Notes: generated from the letters alone by a model not told the origin. A stretch of DNA of 64,000 nt from Trueperaceae bacterium (GCA_965214405.1 OZ243956.1:2912001-2976000), one strand, 5' to 3'; positions 10,782-22,954 are shown, numbered from the stretch's first letter. A program made the numbers and translations.

Positions 10782-11738
10782 TTACTCCTCGCCGCGGGCG
10801 CTCGAGACGAAGCCCAGCACTTCCCAACCGCCGGGCACCTGAAAGGTATTCACGCCCAGCACATCCAAAAAGAGGTCGCCGCGAAGCTCTAAAGAGGTCG
10901 GGATGCCGTTGAGCGCCGCGCCTAGCGCGTCACGCGTGGTAGCGGGAAGATTTCTGTCGGGGTAAAAAAGCAGCTCGACCCGGCTCACCTCGCCCGCGGG
11001 CACGGGCACGGGGGTCAAGTCGGCGGTGGCTAAGGGTGCGCCCGCCACGCGCAGCTCTAAGTCGTTACCATAAAGAAAATAGCCGATGTCGCCCCCATTG
11101 TCCGCTTGCACCACCACCCGCACCACCGGCACGCCCTCGAGCACAAACACCGCGCTCTGGCTCTCGTCTAAGCGGAGCTGTGGAGGCGCGACCGTCTGTC
11201 TGGAGGCGGTCGCGCCCTCCAAAAAGGCGTAGGGGCCAAAGCGCGAGCGCGACCCGAGTTCCGACGTGCTCACCGTGCCCTCAAAGCGAAAGGGCAGCGG
11301 CTCACCTAAATCGCCCAAAAACGCCCCGCCCACCGAGCGCAAGAGGCTGGGTTGCGTGTCTAGGTTGAGGGTGGCTTCAAAACTCACCGTCTCGCTGCCG
11401 CCCGCGGGCAAGCGCACCATCGGCGAGAGCGCGCCCTCGCCCACGCGCGTTTCTTGCAAAAAGACGCGGTAGTTAACTTCGCTAACCTGGATGGGAAAGG
11501 GATTGGGATTGACCACGCGCGCGCCCACGGTGAGCGTAATGCTCGAGCCCGTCCCCGGCGGGTTAAATTTATCCAGCGAGGTGAGCCCCGGCAGGGGCTC
11601 GAACACGGGCGGCAGCACGGCGCGTTTGCTGGGCACGGTCGAGGTCGACGCCGGGGCGGGAGGCTGCGTGCGGGGCGCGCAGGCCGCGAGCACGCCAAAA
11701 ATGAACACGAACATGACAAGTCGGGTAATAAAACGCAT
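10782..11738 (-). CDS. Lipoprotein with LEA_2/WHy-like domains
   Basis: Lipobox LAAC; V.NPNPFPI...Y.V signature of LEA_2. Confidence 0.8.
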   Translation of the reverse strand: MRFITRLVMFVFIFGVLAACAPRTQPPAPASTSTVPSKRAVLPPVFEPLPGLTSLDKFNPPGTGSSITLTVGARVVNPNPFPIQVSEVNYRVFLQETRVGEGALSPMVRLPAGGSETVSFEATLNLDTQPSLLRSVGGAFLGDLGEPLPFRFEGTVSTSELGSRSRFGPYAFLEGATASRQTVAPPQLRLDESQSAVFVLEGVPVVRVVVQADNGGDIGYFLYGNDLELRVAGAPLATADLTPVPVPAGEVSRVELLFYPDRNLPATTRDALGAALNGIPTSLELRGDLFLDVLGVNTFQVPGGWEVLGFVSSARGEE

Positions 11739-11804
11739 CCCTCAGTCTAGCAAAGAAGGGTGCGAAGAGCGTGAAGGCGTTTCGGCCTTGCCGACTGGAG
11801 GTGA

Positions 11805-12329
11805 CTAGGTCGCCCTGACCGTCGGGTGAACCCACGCGCCAGCGTCTCCCAGAACGTATCCGAAAAGCCCGGCGCTCGCTGCACAAGAGAGCCAGGCGAG
11901 CCAGATGGTGGGCACATTATCCGTCGTGACGTCGGTGCCCCCCAGCGCGTCAAAAAGTCCACCCATCGGGATGAGATAGTAAAGGAAGTCCAAAAGGAGC
12001 GGGAACCCGGAAACGAGAAGGGGCGCGCGCCATACACTGACGAGGCCTAGAACGAAGAGAACGGCGGCGAGCACGAAACTGTGAACCGTAAACGTCGAAA
12101 CCGCCGCCGCGACCCTGGCCGTCACGTCGTCGGAAAGACCCCTCCAGCCGTAAAGCAGTTCCCACCGGATGATGCGGAGGTGCAAGAACCAGGGAGCGAA
12201 ACCTAGAGGGAGGCCCACGACTAGGAGAACTCGAGACGCGTCTACGCCAAAGGTCCGCCTCACCCACTCGCCGCCCCTGCCGAGGGCGAACCCGACGCCG
12301 CCAACAAGCGCGGGCAGGAGGAGCGTCAT
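11805..12329 (-). CDS. Hypothetical membrane protein
   Basis: Multiple hydrophobic segments; ATG at 12329 just downstream of the recG stop. Confidence 0.55.
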   Translation of the reverse strand: MTLLLPALVGGVGFALGRGGEWVRRTFGVDASRVLLVVGLPLGFAPWFLHLRIIRWELLYGWRGLSDDVTARVAAAVSTFTVHSFVLAAVLFVLGLVSVWRAPLLVSGFPLLLDFLYYLIPMGGLFDALGGTDVTTDNVPTIWLAWLSCAASAGLFGYVLGDAGAWVHPTVRAT

Positions 12330-12343
12330 AAAGAGCGGGAACA

Positions 12344-14734
12344 CTAAATAATCTCCCTGAAACCCACCGCTTCGCTGCGGCGCTTGAGTTCGTCGCGCAG
12401 GCGCACGGCCCAAGCGGCCTCTAGCTTGGGGTCGGCTGATAGCATCCGCTTAGCCAAATCTCTTGACTTCTCAATGATGTCGCCATCTTGTGACAGGTCG
12501 CCCAAAACCAAGTCGGGTAGCCCCGACTGCCGGGTGCCGCGTATCTCGCCGGGGCCGCGCAATTCCAAGTCTTTTTCCGAAATCACAAAGCCGTCGCTGT
12601 GTTTCTCGATGATTTCCAAACGTTGCTGCGTCTTTTTGGAGCGGTCGCCCGCGACGAGCACGCAGTAGCTCTCATGCTCGCCCCGCCCGACGCGCCCGCG
12701 GAGCTGGTGGAGTTGCGACAGCCCAAAGCGCTCAGCGTTCTCGATAATCATTAAAGACGCGTTGGGGATGTCCACGCCCACCTCGATGACGGTGGTCGAG
12801 ACGAGCAGGTCGAACTCGTGGCGGCGAAAGCGCTCCATCACCGCGTCTTTTTCGGCCCCCAGCATCTTGCCGTGGAGCATGTCGATGCGGCAACCCGGCG
12901 GCATGATTTGCTGTAAATCTTCAAACATCTTGGTGGTCGAGACGGTCTCGGCAAGGGCCTCGCTCTCCTCAATCAAAGGCGTCACAAGGTAGACCTGCCG
13001 CCCTTTTTGGATTTCGCCCCAGGCGAAGCGGTAGACGTCGCGGCGCTTGGCGGCGTTGACTAACCGCGTGGTGACGCCCTTGCGGCCCGGCGGCAGTTCG
13101 TCAATGATGGATAATTCCAAATCGCCGTAGTAGGTCAGAGCCAAAGAGCGTGGGATGGGGGTGGCGCTCATCACCAGCACGTCGGGAAGGTTGCCCAGGA
13201 GCTTGCGCCGCTGCTCGACGCCGAAGCGGTGTTCTTCGTCGATGACCGCCAGCCCCAAGTCGCGAAACTCGACGCCCTCCTGGATGAGCGCGTGCGTGCC
13301 CACCGCCACGTCCACCTGGCTCGAGCGCAGCCTTTCCCTCGCCTCAAAACGTTCGCGCGGGCTCATCGTGCCGATAAAGAGTTCGCAGCTTACGCCCAGC
13401 GGGTAGAGGTACTTAATGAGGTTAAGAAAGTGCTGGCGCGCTAAAATCTCGGTGGGGGCCATCAGCGCGGCCTGGTAGCCGTTGCGCACCGCCACAAACG
13501 CCGCCGCCGCCGCCACCGCCGTTTTGCCCGAGCCCACGTCGCCCTGCAAGAGCCGCGCCATCTGTTTGGGTCCCGCCATGTCGCCCAAAATCTCACCCAG
13601 CGCCCGCTCCTGCGCGCCGGTCATTTTGAAGGGCAGGCTCGAGCGAAAGTCACTCAAATCTTTTTTGCGCACCTTGAACTTTTTACCCAACAAAGTGGTG
13701 TCGCGGTTGAGAAGCACGCGGAGTTCCAGGAACAAAAACTCGTCAAACTTGAGGCGGCGCAGCGCCCGCCCCAGCTCCTTTTCGTGAGTCGGAAAATGCA
13801 CCTCGCGCAGGGCCTGGTCTAACGACACGAGGTCGAAGCGTTCCAACACGCTCCGCGGCAAATGGTCGGGGAGGGTCTCGAGCGAACTCAACAGCCGGTG
13901 CGCCGCCCGGCGGACGTACGCCTGCGACAGCCCCTGCGTGCTCCCGTACACCCCCACAATGCGCCCCGCCGAAAGCGACTCGCTGTCGTCGTCAATCTCG
14001 TGATGCGAGGCGCTGATTTCGACTAAGCTCCCCTTGCGCTTGACCTTACCCGTGACAATCAGGCGCTGGCCCGGAAAGAGCTGCTTCTCGAGCCACGGCT
14101 GGTTGAACCAGGTGACCGTCAGCCGCGCGCCGAGCCCGTCCTCTAAAAAAGCCCGCAGCACCACCATCCCCCGCTTGCTCTTCGTCGCCTTGCGCCCGGT
14201 GATGGTGCCCACCACCGTCGCTGAGTCTTGGTCTTGCAGCGACGCGAAGTAGGGCAGCGCGCGGCGGTCCTCGTAGCGTTTGGGATAGTGGTGGAGCAGG
14301 TCGCGGTAGGTGCGGACGCCGACGGCGGCAAGTTTTTTGGGAGCCTGCGCGCCTAAGTCGATGGTGCGGTCCTCAAGCAACGTGTCCAAAACGTCGCTCC
14401 CAAAGCTCTCCCCCGTGCCTGGACGGACGCTCTGGGGCGCTTCGGACTCTCTAAGTGGAGGAGCCGCGGGTGCTGGCGCAGCCTTGTGTGCTGGCTGCTT
14501 AAAAAGGGGATTCTCGTCCAAAAGGCGCAGGGCGCGCTCGAGCCTGCTCTCGCGCTGCTCGGCGTCTAGGCTGCCGTAGCCCTCGATGACCGCCCGCACG
14601 TCGGCGAAGGGCGCGCCCACCGTCTCGACCAGACGCTCCAAGCCGCCAACCACCACGCTGTCTTGGCAGCCGTTGCGAAGCTCGAGCTGAAGCGGCCCGC
14701 GCAAACGGTCCCTGAGTTCTTTCACCGTCGCCAC
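12344..14734 (-). CDS. recG: ATP-dependent DNA helicase RecG
   Basis: Wedge/OB domain, [35 protein letters not shown]. Confidence 0.97.
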   Translation of the reverse strand: MATVKELRDRLRGPLQLELRNGCQDSVVVGGLERLVETVGAPFADVRAVIEGYGSLDAEQRESRLERALRLLDENPLFKQPAHKAAPAPAAPPLRESEAPQSVRPGTGESFGSDVLDTLLEDRTIDLGAQAPKKLAAVGVRTYRDLLHHYPKRYEDRRALPYFASLQDQDSATVVGTITGRKATKSKRGMVVLRAFLEDGLGARLTVTWFNQPWLEKQLFPGQRLIVTGKVKRKGSLVEISASHHEIDDDSESLSAGRIVGVYGSTQGLSQAYVRRAAHRLLSSLETLPDHLPRSVLERFDLVSLDQALREVHFPTHEKELGRALRRLKFDEFLFLELRVLLNRDTTLLGKKFKVRKKDLSDFRSSLPFKMTGAQERALGEILGDMAGPKQMARLLQGDVGSGKTAVAAAAAFVAVRNGYQAALMAPTEILARQHFLNLIKYLYPLGVSCELFIGTMSPRERFEARERLRSSQVDVAVGTHALIQEGVEFRDLGLAVIDEEHRFGVEQRRKLLGNLPDVLVMSATPIPRSLALTYYGDLELSIIDELPPGRKGVTTRLVNAAKRRDVYRFAWGEIQKGRQVYLVTPLIEESEALAETVSTTKMFEDLQQIMPPGCRIDMLHGKMLGAEKDAVMERFRRHEFDLLVSTTVIEVGVDIPNASLMIIENAERFGLSQLHQLRGRVGRGEHESYCVLVAGDRSKKTQQRLEIIEKHSDGFVISEKDLELRGPGEIRGTRQSGLPDLVLGDLSQDGDIIEKSRDLAKRMLSADPKLEAAWAVRLRDELKRRSEAVGFREII

Positions 14735-15054
14735 GTTCTTTAGTCTACCGTTTGCGGGGGCGGGGGTGGGTTGGCGGTGTCGAGATTGAAGAAGAATATT
14801 TATTGCAGATTACAATATGCCTACAGTTACACAATTAACTATCGTTGTGATCGGCCAGTTATAGACACATATTTAGAGTAAAGTAATGATTGATTTGGAA
14901 GACAGTAATAATTCTTACCTTAAGCGGAAAGAACTCTTGGGTTATGGTCAGGGGCAGAATCCCGTTGTCAAAGCACAAGGTGTTACCCAAGCAGAACGAA
15001 GTTTACAGAAATTAGCAGAACGTTCGTTTTTATCTCTTTGGAGTTATCTCAAAA

Positions 15055-16337
15055 CAATACTTCGGACAGGTATTGAAAAGAAGGAAGCCATCACGCTAGT
15101 TTGAATGTGTGATGAAACAAACAGATGATGGCTTGCTAGAGATTATAGACGAAGCGCTGATAAAGATGCCAGGGGTAGGCAAATGGCAACGAGATTTTCT
15201 AAGACAGTTGTTCAGTACCGTGCTGTTGGTGTACGGCAAGCTCAACTTCAGCAACTTAGCCAGACATAGCGAACTGGATGAGAAAACGTACCGCAGAGGT
15301 TTTAGACGAGACTTTGACTTCGAGATGTTCAACCTGCATTGTCTAGGGCAACGTACTACGAGCGGCGAACTGGTGGCAGCACTAGACGCGAGCTACTTAG
15401 CTAAAAGCGGGAAACAGACGTTTGGGCTGGGTAAATTTTACAGTGGCTGTATAGGTAGGGCAGTAAAAGGCTTAGAGATTAGTGAACTGGCTTTGATTGA
15501 CCGTGACAGCCGTCAGGCATTTGCTTTTTCAACGAGGCAGACTGTGGCTAAGGCGGGGAAAAGCCGCGTTGAGCAGTATGCCGAACACGTAGAAGCCTGT
15601 GCTGAAACCTTGCCTAAAGAGGTCAACTATCTGCTGGTAGACGGCTATTACAGCAAGAAGGGGTTTGTTGACACAGTGTGTGCTCTAGGAAAGCTTGAGG
15701 TAGTGGGCAAACTACGCTGTGACGCCAACCTACGCTATCTCTACCGAGGAGCCTACTGTGGCAAAGGACGCCCTAAACGCTATGATGGCAAGGTTGATTT
15801 TGGAGACCTGAGCCGGTTTGTTTATGAGAGCGAAACTGAACCGCAGCTTCACATCTATACGCAAACCCTTTGGCATGTTGGTTTGAAACGTCTTCTTCGC
15901 GTTGTGCTACTGCTCGATACCAGCAAAGCCAAACCTCGTTACATCTTGCTCTTTTCGACAGACCTGAGTCTTACCGGCAAGGAGATACTAGACCTTTACA
16001 AGTTACGCTTCCAAATCGAATTCCTGTTTCGGGATGCTAAACAGTTTACAGGTCTTTGTGACTGCCAAGCCAGAGATGCAAAAGCACTTGCCTTTCATTT
16101 CAACACCGCTTTATCGGCTGTTAATCTTGCCAAGTTAGACCTTCTAAACCAGCAAGAGGGAGAGCAAGCTTTCGTCTTCTCTTTAAGCAGTTACATCCAC
16201 CGTTCTTTCAGTCACCGACTGCTTTCTCGACTTTTTGCAAGCTTAGACTTTGACCTCAGTTGCAATAAAGTTCAGTCCGCTTTTAACCATGCCCTTGCCT
16301 TCGGGCTAGCTTGTCCTTAAATCTGTCCGGAGTATTG
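15055..16337 (+). mobile_element. IS4-superfamily (IS701/ISH3-like) insertion sequence
   Basis: Terminal inverted repeats CAATACTTCGGACAG / CTGTCCGGAGTATTG (14 of 15 match) enclosing one transposase; no obvious target duplication. Confidence 0.9.
15109..16320 (+). CDS. DDE transposase
   Basis: ALDAS, LVDGYY, Y-x2-R-x3-E-x6-K signature (YKLRFQIEFLFRDAK). Confidence 0.92.
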   Translation: MMKQTDDGLLEIIDEALIKMPGVGKWQRDFLRQLFSTVLLVYGKLNFSNLARHSELDEKTYRRGFRRDFDFEMFNLHCLGQRTTSGELVAALDASYLAKSGKQTFGLGKFYSGCIGRAVKGLEISELALIDRDSRQAFAFSTRQTVAKAGKSRVEQYAEHVEACAETLPKEVNYLLVDGYYSKKGFVDTVCALGKLEVVGKLRCDANLRYLYRGAYCGKGRPKRYDGKVDFGDLSRFVYESETEPQLHIYTQTLWHVGLKRLLRVVLLLDTSKAKPRYILLFSTDLSLTGKEILDLYKLRFQIEFLFRDAKQFTGLCDCQARDAKALAFHFNTALSAVNLAKLDLLNQQEGEQAFVFSLSSYIHRSFSHRLLSRLFASLDFDLSCNKVQSAFNHALAFGLACP

Positions 16338-17907
16338 CATAGATAAGGGTGGTGCGAATGGCAAAGGACAAGAGTTCTGTGACCTATTGGTAGTGTTTGG
16401 GAAACACATTCTCATTTTTTCTGACAAAGATATTGTGTACCCCGAGATTGACGACAAAGAGTTGGCTTGGAAGCGCTGGTTTAAGAGAGCAGTTATGAAA
16501 TCGGCAGAGCAGATTTATGGAGCAGAGCGATGGATAAAACAGCATCCTGACCGAATTTTCCTTGACCAAGCTTGCACACAGAAATTTCCCCTGAAGCTCC
16601 CCATGTCAGATGAGATGGTTGTCCATAGAATCGTTGTTGCTCATGGCGCTTCTGATGTCTGTAAGCAAGAACTTGGAGGCTCGGGGAGCTTAATGATTGC
16701 TCCTAGTGTGGTTGGTGAAGCACACTATAACTTAACGCCACCAATGCACCCCTTTACAGTTGGGCAAATCAATCCTATAAAAGGCTTTGTCCATACTTTT
16801 GACGATACCTCTCTTAATGTCGTCCTGACGATGTTAGACACAATATCTGACTTTACAAGCTATCTAGCGAAGAAAGAGCGTTTCATTGAAAGTGGAAAGC
16901 TTGCTTTTGCCGCAGGAGAAGATGATCTGCTTGGTTACTACCTTCAACAGCTAAATACCGATGGAGAGCACGATTTCGTTGTAAATCAAGATTTTGATTT
17001 TATCACATTTGATGAAGGTCACTGGGAGGAGTTTAAGAACCACCCACGGCGTTTAGCACAAATTGAAGCTGACAGAATCAGCTACTTCTGGGACGAGTTA
17101 ATCGAAACTTTCAGCAAACATATTTTGGCTGACACTCAATACTATACCTCCCAACCTGGCGTAGAGCATTCAGAGCAAATTATTCGATTCATGGCTCGAG
17201 AACCGAGAACGCGCCGACGCTTGTTAGCAAAATCTCTCATTGGGTTAGCTTACAAAACCCCTGAAAATCACAGGGCTGTCCGTGTCATGCAACCTTCGAG
17301 ACCAGGTGATCCTTTTTACGTGTTCGTCTTAGTACCTAACAAGTACGCGGAGACAGAAGAGCAATACAGAAAAGTTCGAGGTGCCCTACTTGAAGCTTAC
17401 TGCCTTGTGCTCAAGCTGGTTTTTCCAGAAGCTCTCGATATTATCGGTATTGCAACCGAATCGGCAAATCCTGGTAAATCAGGGGAAGATTCACTTTATT
17501 TCGATGCAAGAGAGTGGACGGCTGAGATGGAAGCTGAGGCGAAGCGTTTACAGCGGGATTTAGAATTGTTAACTAATCTTACGCAGCATTACATAAAAGT
17601 TGAAGAGTACCCTGAAATTGAGAGAAATATTAGCAGAGAAGTACCATTACTAAAGGGAAAACATCGTAACAGCCCCTGTCCATGTGGTAGTGGGAGAAAG
17701 TACAAGTATTGTTGCGGCAGGCGGTGAGTTGTATAGATAGCCACTGTAAGGGACACTGACCCACTGCGTTTAGAATTTGGAAAACGTTTAACCGCTCCTA
17801 AATCTTCCGTTGCTAACAGGTTTGAGAAAGCCGGTTCACAAAGCTCATAACACAAGAGGGAGTGCCAAAAGGCGCTCCCTCAAAACGTATTTTGCACCTT
17901 ATACTGC

Positions 17908-19578
17908 CTACCGCGCGTACTCCACCGCCCGCGACTCCCTCACCACCGTCACCTGCACCTGCCCCGGATACTCCATGTCCTGCTCGATGCGGTTGGCAAC
18001 GTCGCGGGCCAGCAAGACCGCCGAGGCGTCGTCCACTTTTTCGGGCTCGACGATGATGCGGATTTCGCGGCCCGCCTGGATGGCGTAGGACTTCTCGACG
18101 CCGGGAAAGCTGGTGGCGATGCTTTCCAGGCCCTCGAGCCTCTTGAGATAACTCTCCAACGTCTCGCGGCGGGCACCGGGGCGCGCGGCGCTCACCGCGT
18201 CGGCGGCCTGGACCAGGACCGGGTAGAGGGTTTCGGCTAAGTCTAGGTCATGGTGATGGGCAATCGCGTCGATGACCTCGGCGGGCTCGCCAAAGCGGCG
18301 GCCCAAGTTCGCGCCGATTTCGGTGTGGGTGCCCTCGATTTCGCGGTCAATCGACTTGCCGACGTCGTGCAGGAGCCCGGCGCGGCGCGCTAAGGGTTCG
18401 TCCATGCCCAGCTCGGCGGCGATGATGCCCGTCATGTGCGCGACCTGCACGGAGTGCTTGAGGACGTTTTGGCCGTAGGAGGTGCGGAAGTGCATCCGGC
18501 CCAAAAGCTGCAACATACCGGGCTTGAGCCCGACCACGTTGGCCTCTAAAGCGGCCTCCTCGCCCCGATCTTTGATGTAGTTTTGCATGTCGCCCTGCGC
18601 CTTTTGCACCGTTTCTTCGATGCGCGCGGGGTGGATGCGACCGTCCGAGACGAGTTCGGAGAGCGCGAGTTTGGCGACCTCGCGACGGATGGGGTTGAAA
18701 CTTGAGAGCAAGACCGCCTCGGGCGTGTCGTCAATAATCAAATCCACGCCCGTGAGCGCTTCGAAAGCGCGGATGTTGCGCCCCTCGCGCCCGATGATGC
18801 GGCCCTTCATCGCGTCGGACGGGATGGGCACCACCGACACGCTGATGGCCGCCGAGACTTCCGACGCGCTACGCTGGATGGCCTGCGCGATGATGTTAAA
18901 GGACTTGCGTTTAGCCTCGGCGTCGGCCTTGTCCATTTCGCTGCGGATGCGCACCGCTTTTTCGCGCTCGAGTTCATTGTCTAAGCGGGTGAGAATAATA
19001 TTCACAGCTTCGTCGCGGCTGAGTTGGGCGATCTCATAAAGCCTGTGCTCGACCTCGGTGGTCTTTTGCTCGAGCGCGTCTTCGCCCCTTTTCAGCGCGT
19101 CCGCGCGCTCGCCCAGACGCTCCTCAACCTCGTCGAGTTTGAGCGCGCGCGCGTCTTGCTGCTCGCCGCGGCGGTTGAGACGGTCTTCTAGGGTCTCGGT
19201 CTTTTCGCGGTCGCGGCGGAGCGTCTCGCGGGCGTCGCGCAGGTCTTGGCGGTCTCTGTCTAGGAGTTCGCGGGACCTGGCGAATTCGTTTTCCAAACTT
19301 CCGCGGGTGCGGGCGAGTTCGGCCTCGAGCCCAGCCCGCATATTTCTTAGCTCGTCTTCCAAACGCGCCCGTTCGGTTAAGACGAGTTCCCTGGCCTCCG
19401 TTTCCGCACGTTGCCGGGTATGCTCGGCTTCCTCGTCGGCGCGGCGGCGCAGGGCGTCGGCGTCGGCCTCAGCGCGTTCTAAAACCTCCCGGTCGCGGCG
19501 TTGGCGAAACGCGAAACCCACCGCCGCGCCAACCGTCAGACCTATCAAAAGGTCCACGACTAGCACCAGCCAGTTCAT
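17908..19578 (-). CDS. rny: Ribonuclease Y
   Basis: N-terminal TM helix, coiled coil, KH ([13 protein letters not shown]), HD domain (LLHDVGK), SAARPGAR. Confidence 0.97.
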   Translation of the reverse strand: MNWLVLVVDLLIGLTVGAAVGFAFRQRRDREVLERAEADADALRRRADEEAEHTRQRAETEARELVLTERARLEDELRNMRAGLEAELARTRGSLENEFARSRELLDRDRQDLRDARETLRRDREKTETLEDRLNRRGEQQDARALKLDEVEERLGERADALKRGEDALEQKTTEVEHRLYEIAQLSRDEAVNIILTRLDNELEREKAVRIRSEMDKADAEAKRKSFNIIAQAIQRSASEVSAAISVSVVPIPSDAMKGRIIGREGRNIRAFEALTGVDLIIDDTPEAVLLSSFNPIRREVAKLALSELVSDGRIHPARIEETVQKAQGDMQNYIKDRGEEAALEANVVGLKPGMLQLLGRMHFRTSYGQNVLKHSVQVAHMTGIIAAELGMDEPLARRAGLLHDVGKSIDREIEGTHTEIGANLGRRFGEPAEVIDAIAHHHDLDLAETLYPVLVQAADAVSAARPGARRETLESYLKRLEGLESIATSFPGVEKSYAIQAGREIRIIVEPEKVDDASAVLLARDVANRIEQDMEYPGQVQVTVVRESRAVEYAR

Positions 19579-20639
19579 TCCTCACCGCCGTCCTCGTCGT
19601 CTGCACCGTCATCCGTGCTCGAGCCCGCTTTCACCTTGTACCCTGCGGGCTCGCCCTGGATGGTGGCCACGACCTGCTGCTTTATCCGCTCAATGAGCTC
19701 GGGGTTCTCACTCAAGAAGCTCGCCGCTTTCTCCTTGCCTTGGCCTAAGCGGGTGTCGCCGTAGCCAAACCACGAGCCCGACTTCTGGATGATGTCTAAG
19801 TCAGACGCGATGTTGATCAGGTCGCCCAGCTTGTCAATCCCCCGCCCGAACATGATCTCGACCTCGGCTTCCTTAAAAGGCGGGGCCACCTTGTTCTTCG
19901 TGACCTTGACCCGCGTCCGGTTACCCACCTTGTCCACACCCGACTTCACGTCCCCCTTACGCCTCACTTCCATCCTGACTGAGGAGTAGAACTTTAGCGC
20001 GCGTCCTCCGGGTGTGGTCTCAGGGTTGCCGTACAACACGCCGATCTTTTCTCTGATCTGGTTGATAAAGATGGCCGTGGTGTGACTCTTGCTCAACACC
20101 CCGGTAAGCTTACGCAACGCTTGGCTCATCAGCCTGGCTTGTAAGCCTACGTGCGAGTCGCCCATCTCGCCCTCGATCTCAGCCCTGGGTACCAAGGCAG
20201 CCACCGAATCCACCACGATCACGTCGACCGCGCCGCTACGGACCAACAGCTCGGTGATCTCCAGCGCCTGCTCACCCGTATCGGGCTGTGACACCAACAA
20301 GTTGTCGATGTCCACCCCCAGCGCCTTGGCGTACTGCGGGTCTAGCGCGTGTTCGGCGTCAACGAAAGCGGCCACGCCACCCGCGCGTTGAGCTTCGGCG
20401 ACGATGTGCAGGCTCAGCGTGGTCTTACCGCCTGACTCGGGGCCGTAGATTTCCACCACCCGGCCGCGGGGCACGCCGCCGACGCCCAGGGCCAAGTCGA
20501 CCGACATGCTGCCTGTCGAGATGACGCCCTGCGAGAGCATGTTCACGTCCTCGCCCAGGCGCATGATCGCGCCCTTGCCGAACTGTTTCTCGATTTGCAA
20601 GAGCGTGGTGCTTAAAGATTTTTTTCGTTGCTCATCCAT
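19575..20639 (-). CDS. recA: Recombinase RecA
   Basis: [43 protein letters not shown]. Confidence 0.99.
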   Translation of the reverse strand: MDEQRKKSLSTTLLQIEKQFGKGAIMRLGEDVNMLSQGVISTGSMSVDLALGVGGVPRGRVVEIYGPESGGKTTLSLHIVAEAQRAGGVAAFVDAEHALDPQYAKALGVDIDNLLVSQPDTGEQALEITELLVRSGAVDVIVVDSVAALVPRAEIEGEMGDSHVGLQARLMSQALRKLTGVLSKSHTTAIFINQIREKIGVLYGNPETTPGGRALKFYSSVRMEVRRKGDVKSGVDKVGNRTRVKVTKNKVAPPFKEAEVEIMFGRGIDKLGDLINIASDLDIIQKSGSWFGYGDTRLGQGKEKAASFLSENPELIERIKQQVVATIQGEPAGYKVKAGSSTDDGADDEDGGEE

Positions 20640-20800
20640 GTGTTGCCTCCGTAAGTTGGCACCCGCTGTGGGTGCCGGGAAGAGAAAATCATCACTTGAA
20701 AATCGTCATATAGCTGTCATGTCGCTACTCGAGCCTCATCTCCACCTGCTCAACCGGATCCCGCAAAAGGACCTCGCAAAACGCGGTGGGAGACGAACCG

Positions 20801-22060
20801 TTAAGCGCGAAGCTGCTGCCAAAAGAAAGCCAGGGCCGCGTAGGTGAGGCGTTCTCTCACCCAGTCGGGCTCGAGCCGCGGCAACCTGAGCCTTTTCGCA
20901 CGTCCCGTGACACCGCCCCCAGAACCCAAACCGGGACCAAACACGGCCACATACGCCTCTTGACCCTCGTCTGACCCTGTCACTGGAGTCACGTCGGTTG
21001 TGGCGAGACCGTAGTCCGCGCCGAAAAATCGCGCGGCAGCTTCGGCCATTGCGAGCGCACCCTCTTGGGAGACGGCGTGAGAGGCGTCAAGAAGAGCTTT
21101 GGGCACACCAAAGGCTGCCTTGGTTCGCGCGTCCCATGCTACCACGCCGCCCAGGAGGGGCGCAGACGCGTCGGCGACGGTTAAAATCTGGCTTAAACTC
21201 TGGATAATTCCGCCGCCCGTAGCCGTTTCCATCACGGCGGCGCTCACGTTTTTTAGCAGGAGAAGCTGCCGAATCACCTCGGGCAGTTCATCGCCATTGT
21301 ATCCCCACACAAAGCCGTCAAGCGCCTCCCCAACGCGCTCCAAAGCCTCCGCCGCAGTGCCTTCCGCCTCCGCCAGCGTGTCGGCCTTGGCGGCGACGCG
21401 CACGTGGACGCCGTCGCGCTTGGCGTAGGTGGCGACGCTCGGGTTGGCGGCCAACGTAAGCTCGCCTAAGCGTTCGGCCACCGCCGATTCGCCGATGCCC
21501 TGCGTCTTAAAAGTGCGCGTGAAGAGGGCGGCGGCGGGCAGCTCGAGCCTAAGTACGGCTTCCTCCAACCACATCCTCTTGAGTTCGCGCGGCGGACCCG
21601 GAAGCGCCACAATCATTTTCTCTTGCCCACCACGCTGCGTCCTTACAAACCAGCCCGGCGCGGTGCCGAGCGGATTGGGCAGCGCCTCGGAGGAGGGGAT
21701 GAGCCAGGCCTGTTTGAGGTTACGTTCGGGCATACTGACCGAAAAGGAGGCGAAGCGCGCGCGCAGCTCGCGCTCGAGCCCGGTGTCCACCTCCGGCGTT
21801 TCTCCCAGGGTTTCGGCGACGGCCTCGCGGCTCATGTCGTCGTCGGTGGGTCCCAGACCCCCACACATGATGAGCAGGTCGCTCCGCGAGAGCGCCTCCT
21901 CGACCGCGCGCTTTAAGCGCTTGCGGTTGTCCCCCACGCGCTGCGACCAGTACACGTCCACGCCGCGCCGCGCCAAGTCCTGAGCCAGCCAGGCGGAGTT
22001 GGTGTCCACGATTTCACCGAGCAGGAGTTCGGTGCCGACGCTCAAAAGCTCCGCAATCAC
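20801..22060 (-). CDS. cinA: Competence/damage-inducible protein CinA
   Basis: ELLSVGTELLLGEIVDTNS, GGLGPTDDD, LPGPP, C-terminal PncC-like domain (METATGG); GTG start at 22060. Confidence 0.93.
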   Translation of the reverse strand: MIAELLSVGTELLLGEIVDTNSAWLAQDLARRGVDVYWSQRVGDNRKRLKRAVEEALSRSDLLIMCGGLGPTDDDMSREAVAETLGETPEVDTGLERELRARFASFSVSMPERNLKQAWLIPSSEALPNPLGTAPGWFVRTQRGGQEKMIVALPGPPRELKRMWLEEAVLRLELPAAALFTRTFKTQGIGESAVAERLGELTLAANPSVATYAKRDGVHVRVAAKADTLAEAEGTAAEALERVGEALDGFVWGYNGDELPEVIRQLLLLKNVSAAVMETATGGGIIQSLSQILTVADASAPLLGGVVAWDARTKAAFGVPKALLDASHAVSQEGALAMAEAAARFFGADYGLATTDVTPVTGSDEGQEAYVAVFGPGLGSGGGVTGRAKRLRLPRLEPDWVRERLTYAALAFFWQQLRA

Positions 22061-22436
22061 CGCGCACCTTCGTATCCATGTAAGAGGTTTACCGTCACCA
22101 AAAGCTTGTTCGCTGTGAGATTGATTAAGCAGAATCGGGTCATAGCCGCCAGCATACAACCCGGCCTGAGTCGTGAGTAAGTCACAATGCGTAAAGCGCA
22201 CCTCCTCACGGTCCTATAGGCGCTTTTTTATTACTTTTGTTCACGCGTCGTGTTTCCGCTGCTTTGCACCTCGCCGACCACCCTCACCACTCGTTCTCTA
22301 GTTCCAACGGTGGAGATTTTCAAGGCCCAGGCAAAAGTTTGTAAGAAATTTGTAAGATTCTGATGTGTAGACTTAACTTTAGTTTAGCCCTCGGGTTAAA
22401 CGGGGAGGGACACCCCTCCACCATCTCCTCTCTCGT

Positions 22437-22460
22437 GACCCCGTGCCCCCTACACGGGGT
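22437..22460. terminator. Hairpin downstream of the GNAT gene
   Basis: GACCCCGTG-loop-CACGGGGTC 9-bp stem. Confidence 0.5.
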
Positions 22461-22483
22461 CGCATTTTGCCCAAGAGCCACAC

Positions 22484-22954
22484 TCATAAATCTTTGTGCA
22501 TGAGCAGCATGTGGGGTGTGAACCCGTGACGCTCCCACGCGGTGGCAGCTCGAGGGTCGGCAAAGGCCGTGGAAAGTTTGATGCGCTTGACCCCTTGAGC
22601 CAGGGCGTACGCTTCTACTTCAGCCATCAGCAAACGACTCAAGTCCTGTCGGCGAAAACGAGCAGAAACGTCTAAATCAACGACGTAAAGGTAACGTCTT
22701 GGCGCAAAAATGGGGGCTTCTTGTTCTATGCGGAAGGTGGCGTAAGCAGCCAGCGCCTCATCTGCAAAAATCACGAACGCCTTTTTTGATCCCTCGCGGA
22801 GTTCTGCGGCTAAACGCTCGCTCAATTCAGGATGATTTAAGTTCGGTTTATAGATGGGTTCATGCGTGGCTACCTCGAGAGTGGCCGTGAGCCAAAGCTG
22901 CGCCATAGACCCTGCATCGTCGGGTGAGGCTTCTTGAAGTTTGAACTCAGGCAA
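22484..22954 (-). CDS. GNAT family N-acetyltransferase
   Basis: LYVVDLDVSARFRRQDL..LLM, A..WERHGF. Confidence 0.85.
   Translation of the reverse strand: MPEFKLQEASPDDAGSMAQLWLTATLEVATHEPIYKPNLNHPELSERLAAELREGSKKAFVIFADEALAAYATFRIEQEAPIFAPRRYLYVVDLDVSARFRRQDLSRLLMAEVEAYALAQGVKRIKLSTAFADPRAATAWERHGFTPHMLLMHKDL

Larger units (their letters stand above)
14886..17727 (+). pseudogene. Putative PD-(D/E)XK/NERD-like nuclease with C-terminal SEC-C motif, split by an IS (fragments 14886-15054 and 16338-17727)
   Basis: N-fragment ..AERSFLSLWSY; C-fragment reads IDKGGANGKGQEFCDLLVVFGKHILIFSDK and ends RNSPCPCGSGRKYKYCC (SEC-C); low GC. Confidence 0.75.

Noticed and set aside
22338..22357. TTTGTAAGA direct repeat at 11-bp spacing as a regulator site
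   Set aside because: Two short copies in AT-rich DNA with no identifiable regulator; too weak.
22061..22480. RDRM (DdrO box) upstream of cinA-recA
   Set aside because: Only half-sites (TTCTGCT, TTACGC) were found; no convincing 17-bp palindrome.
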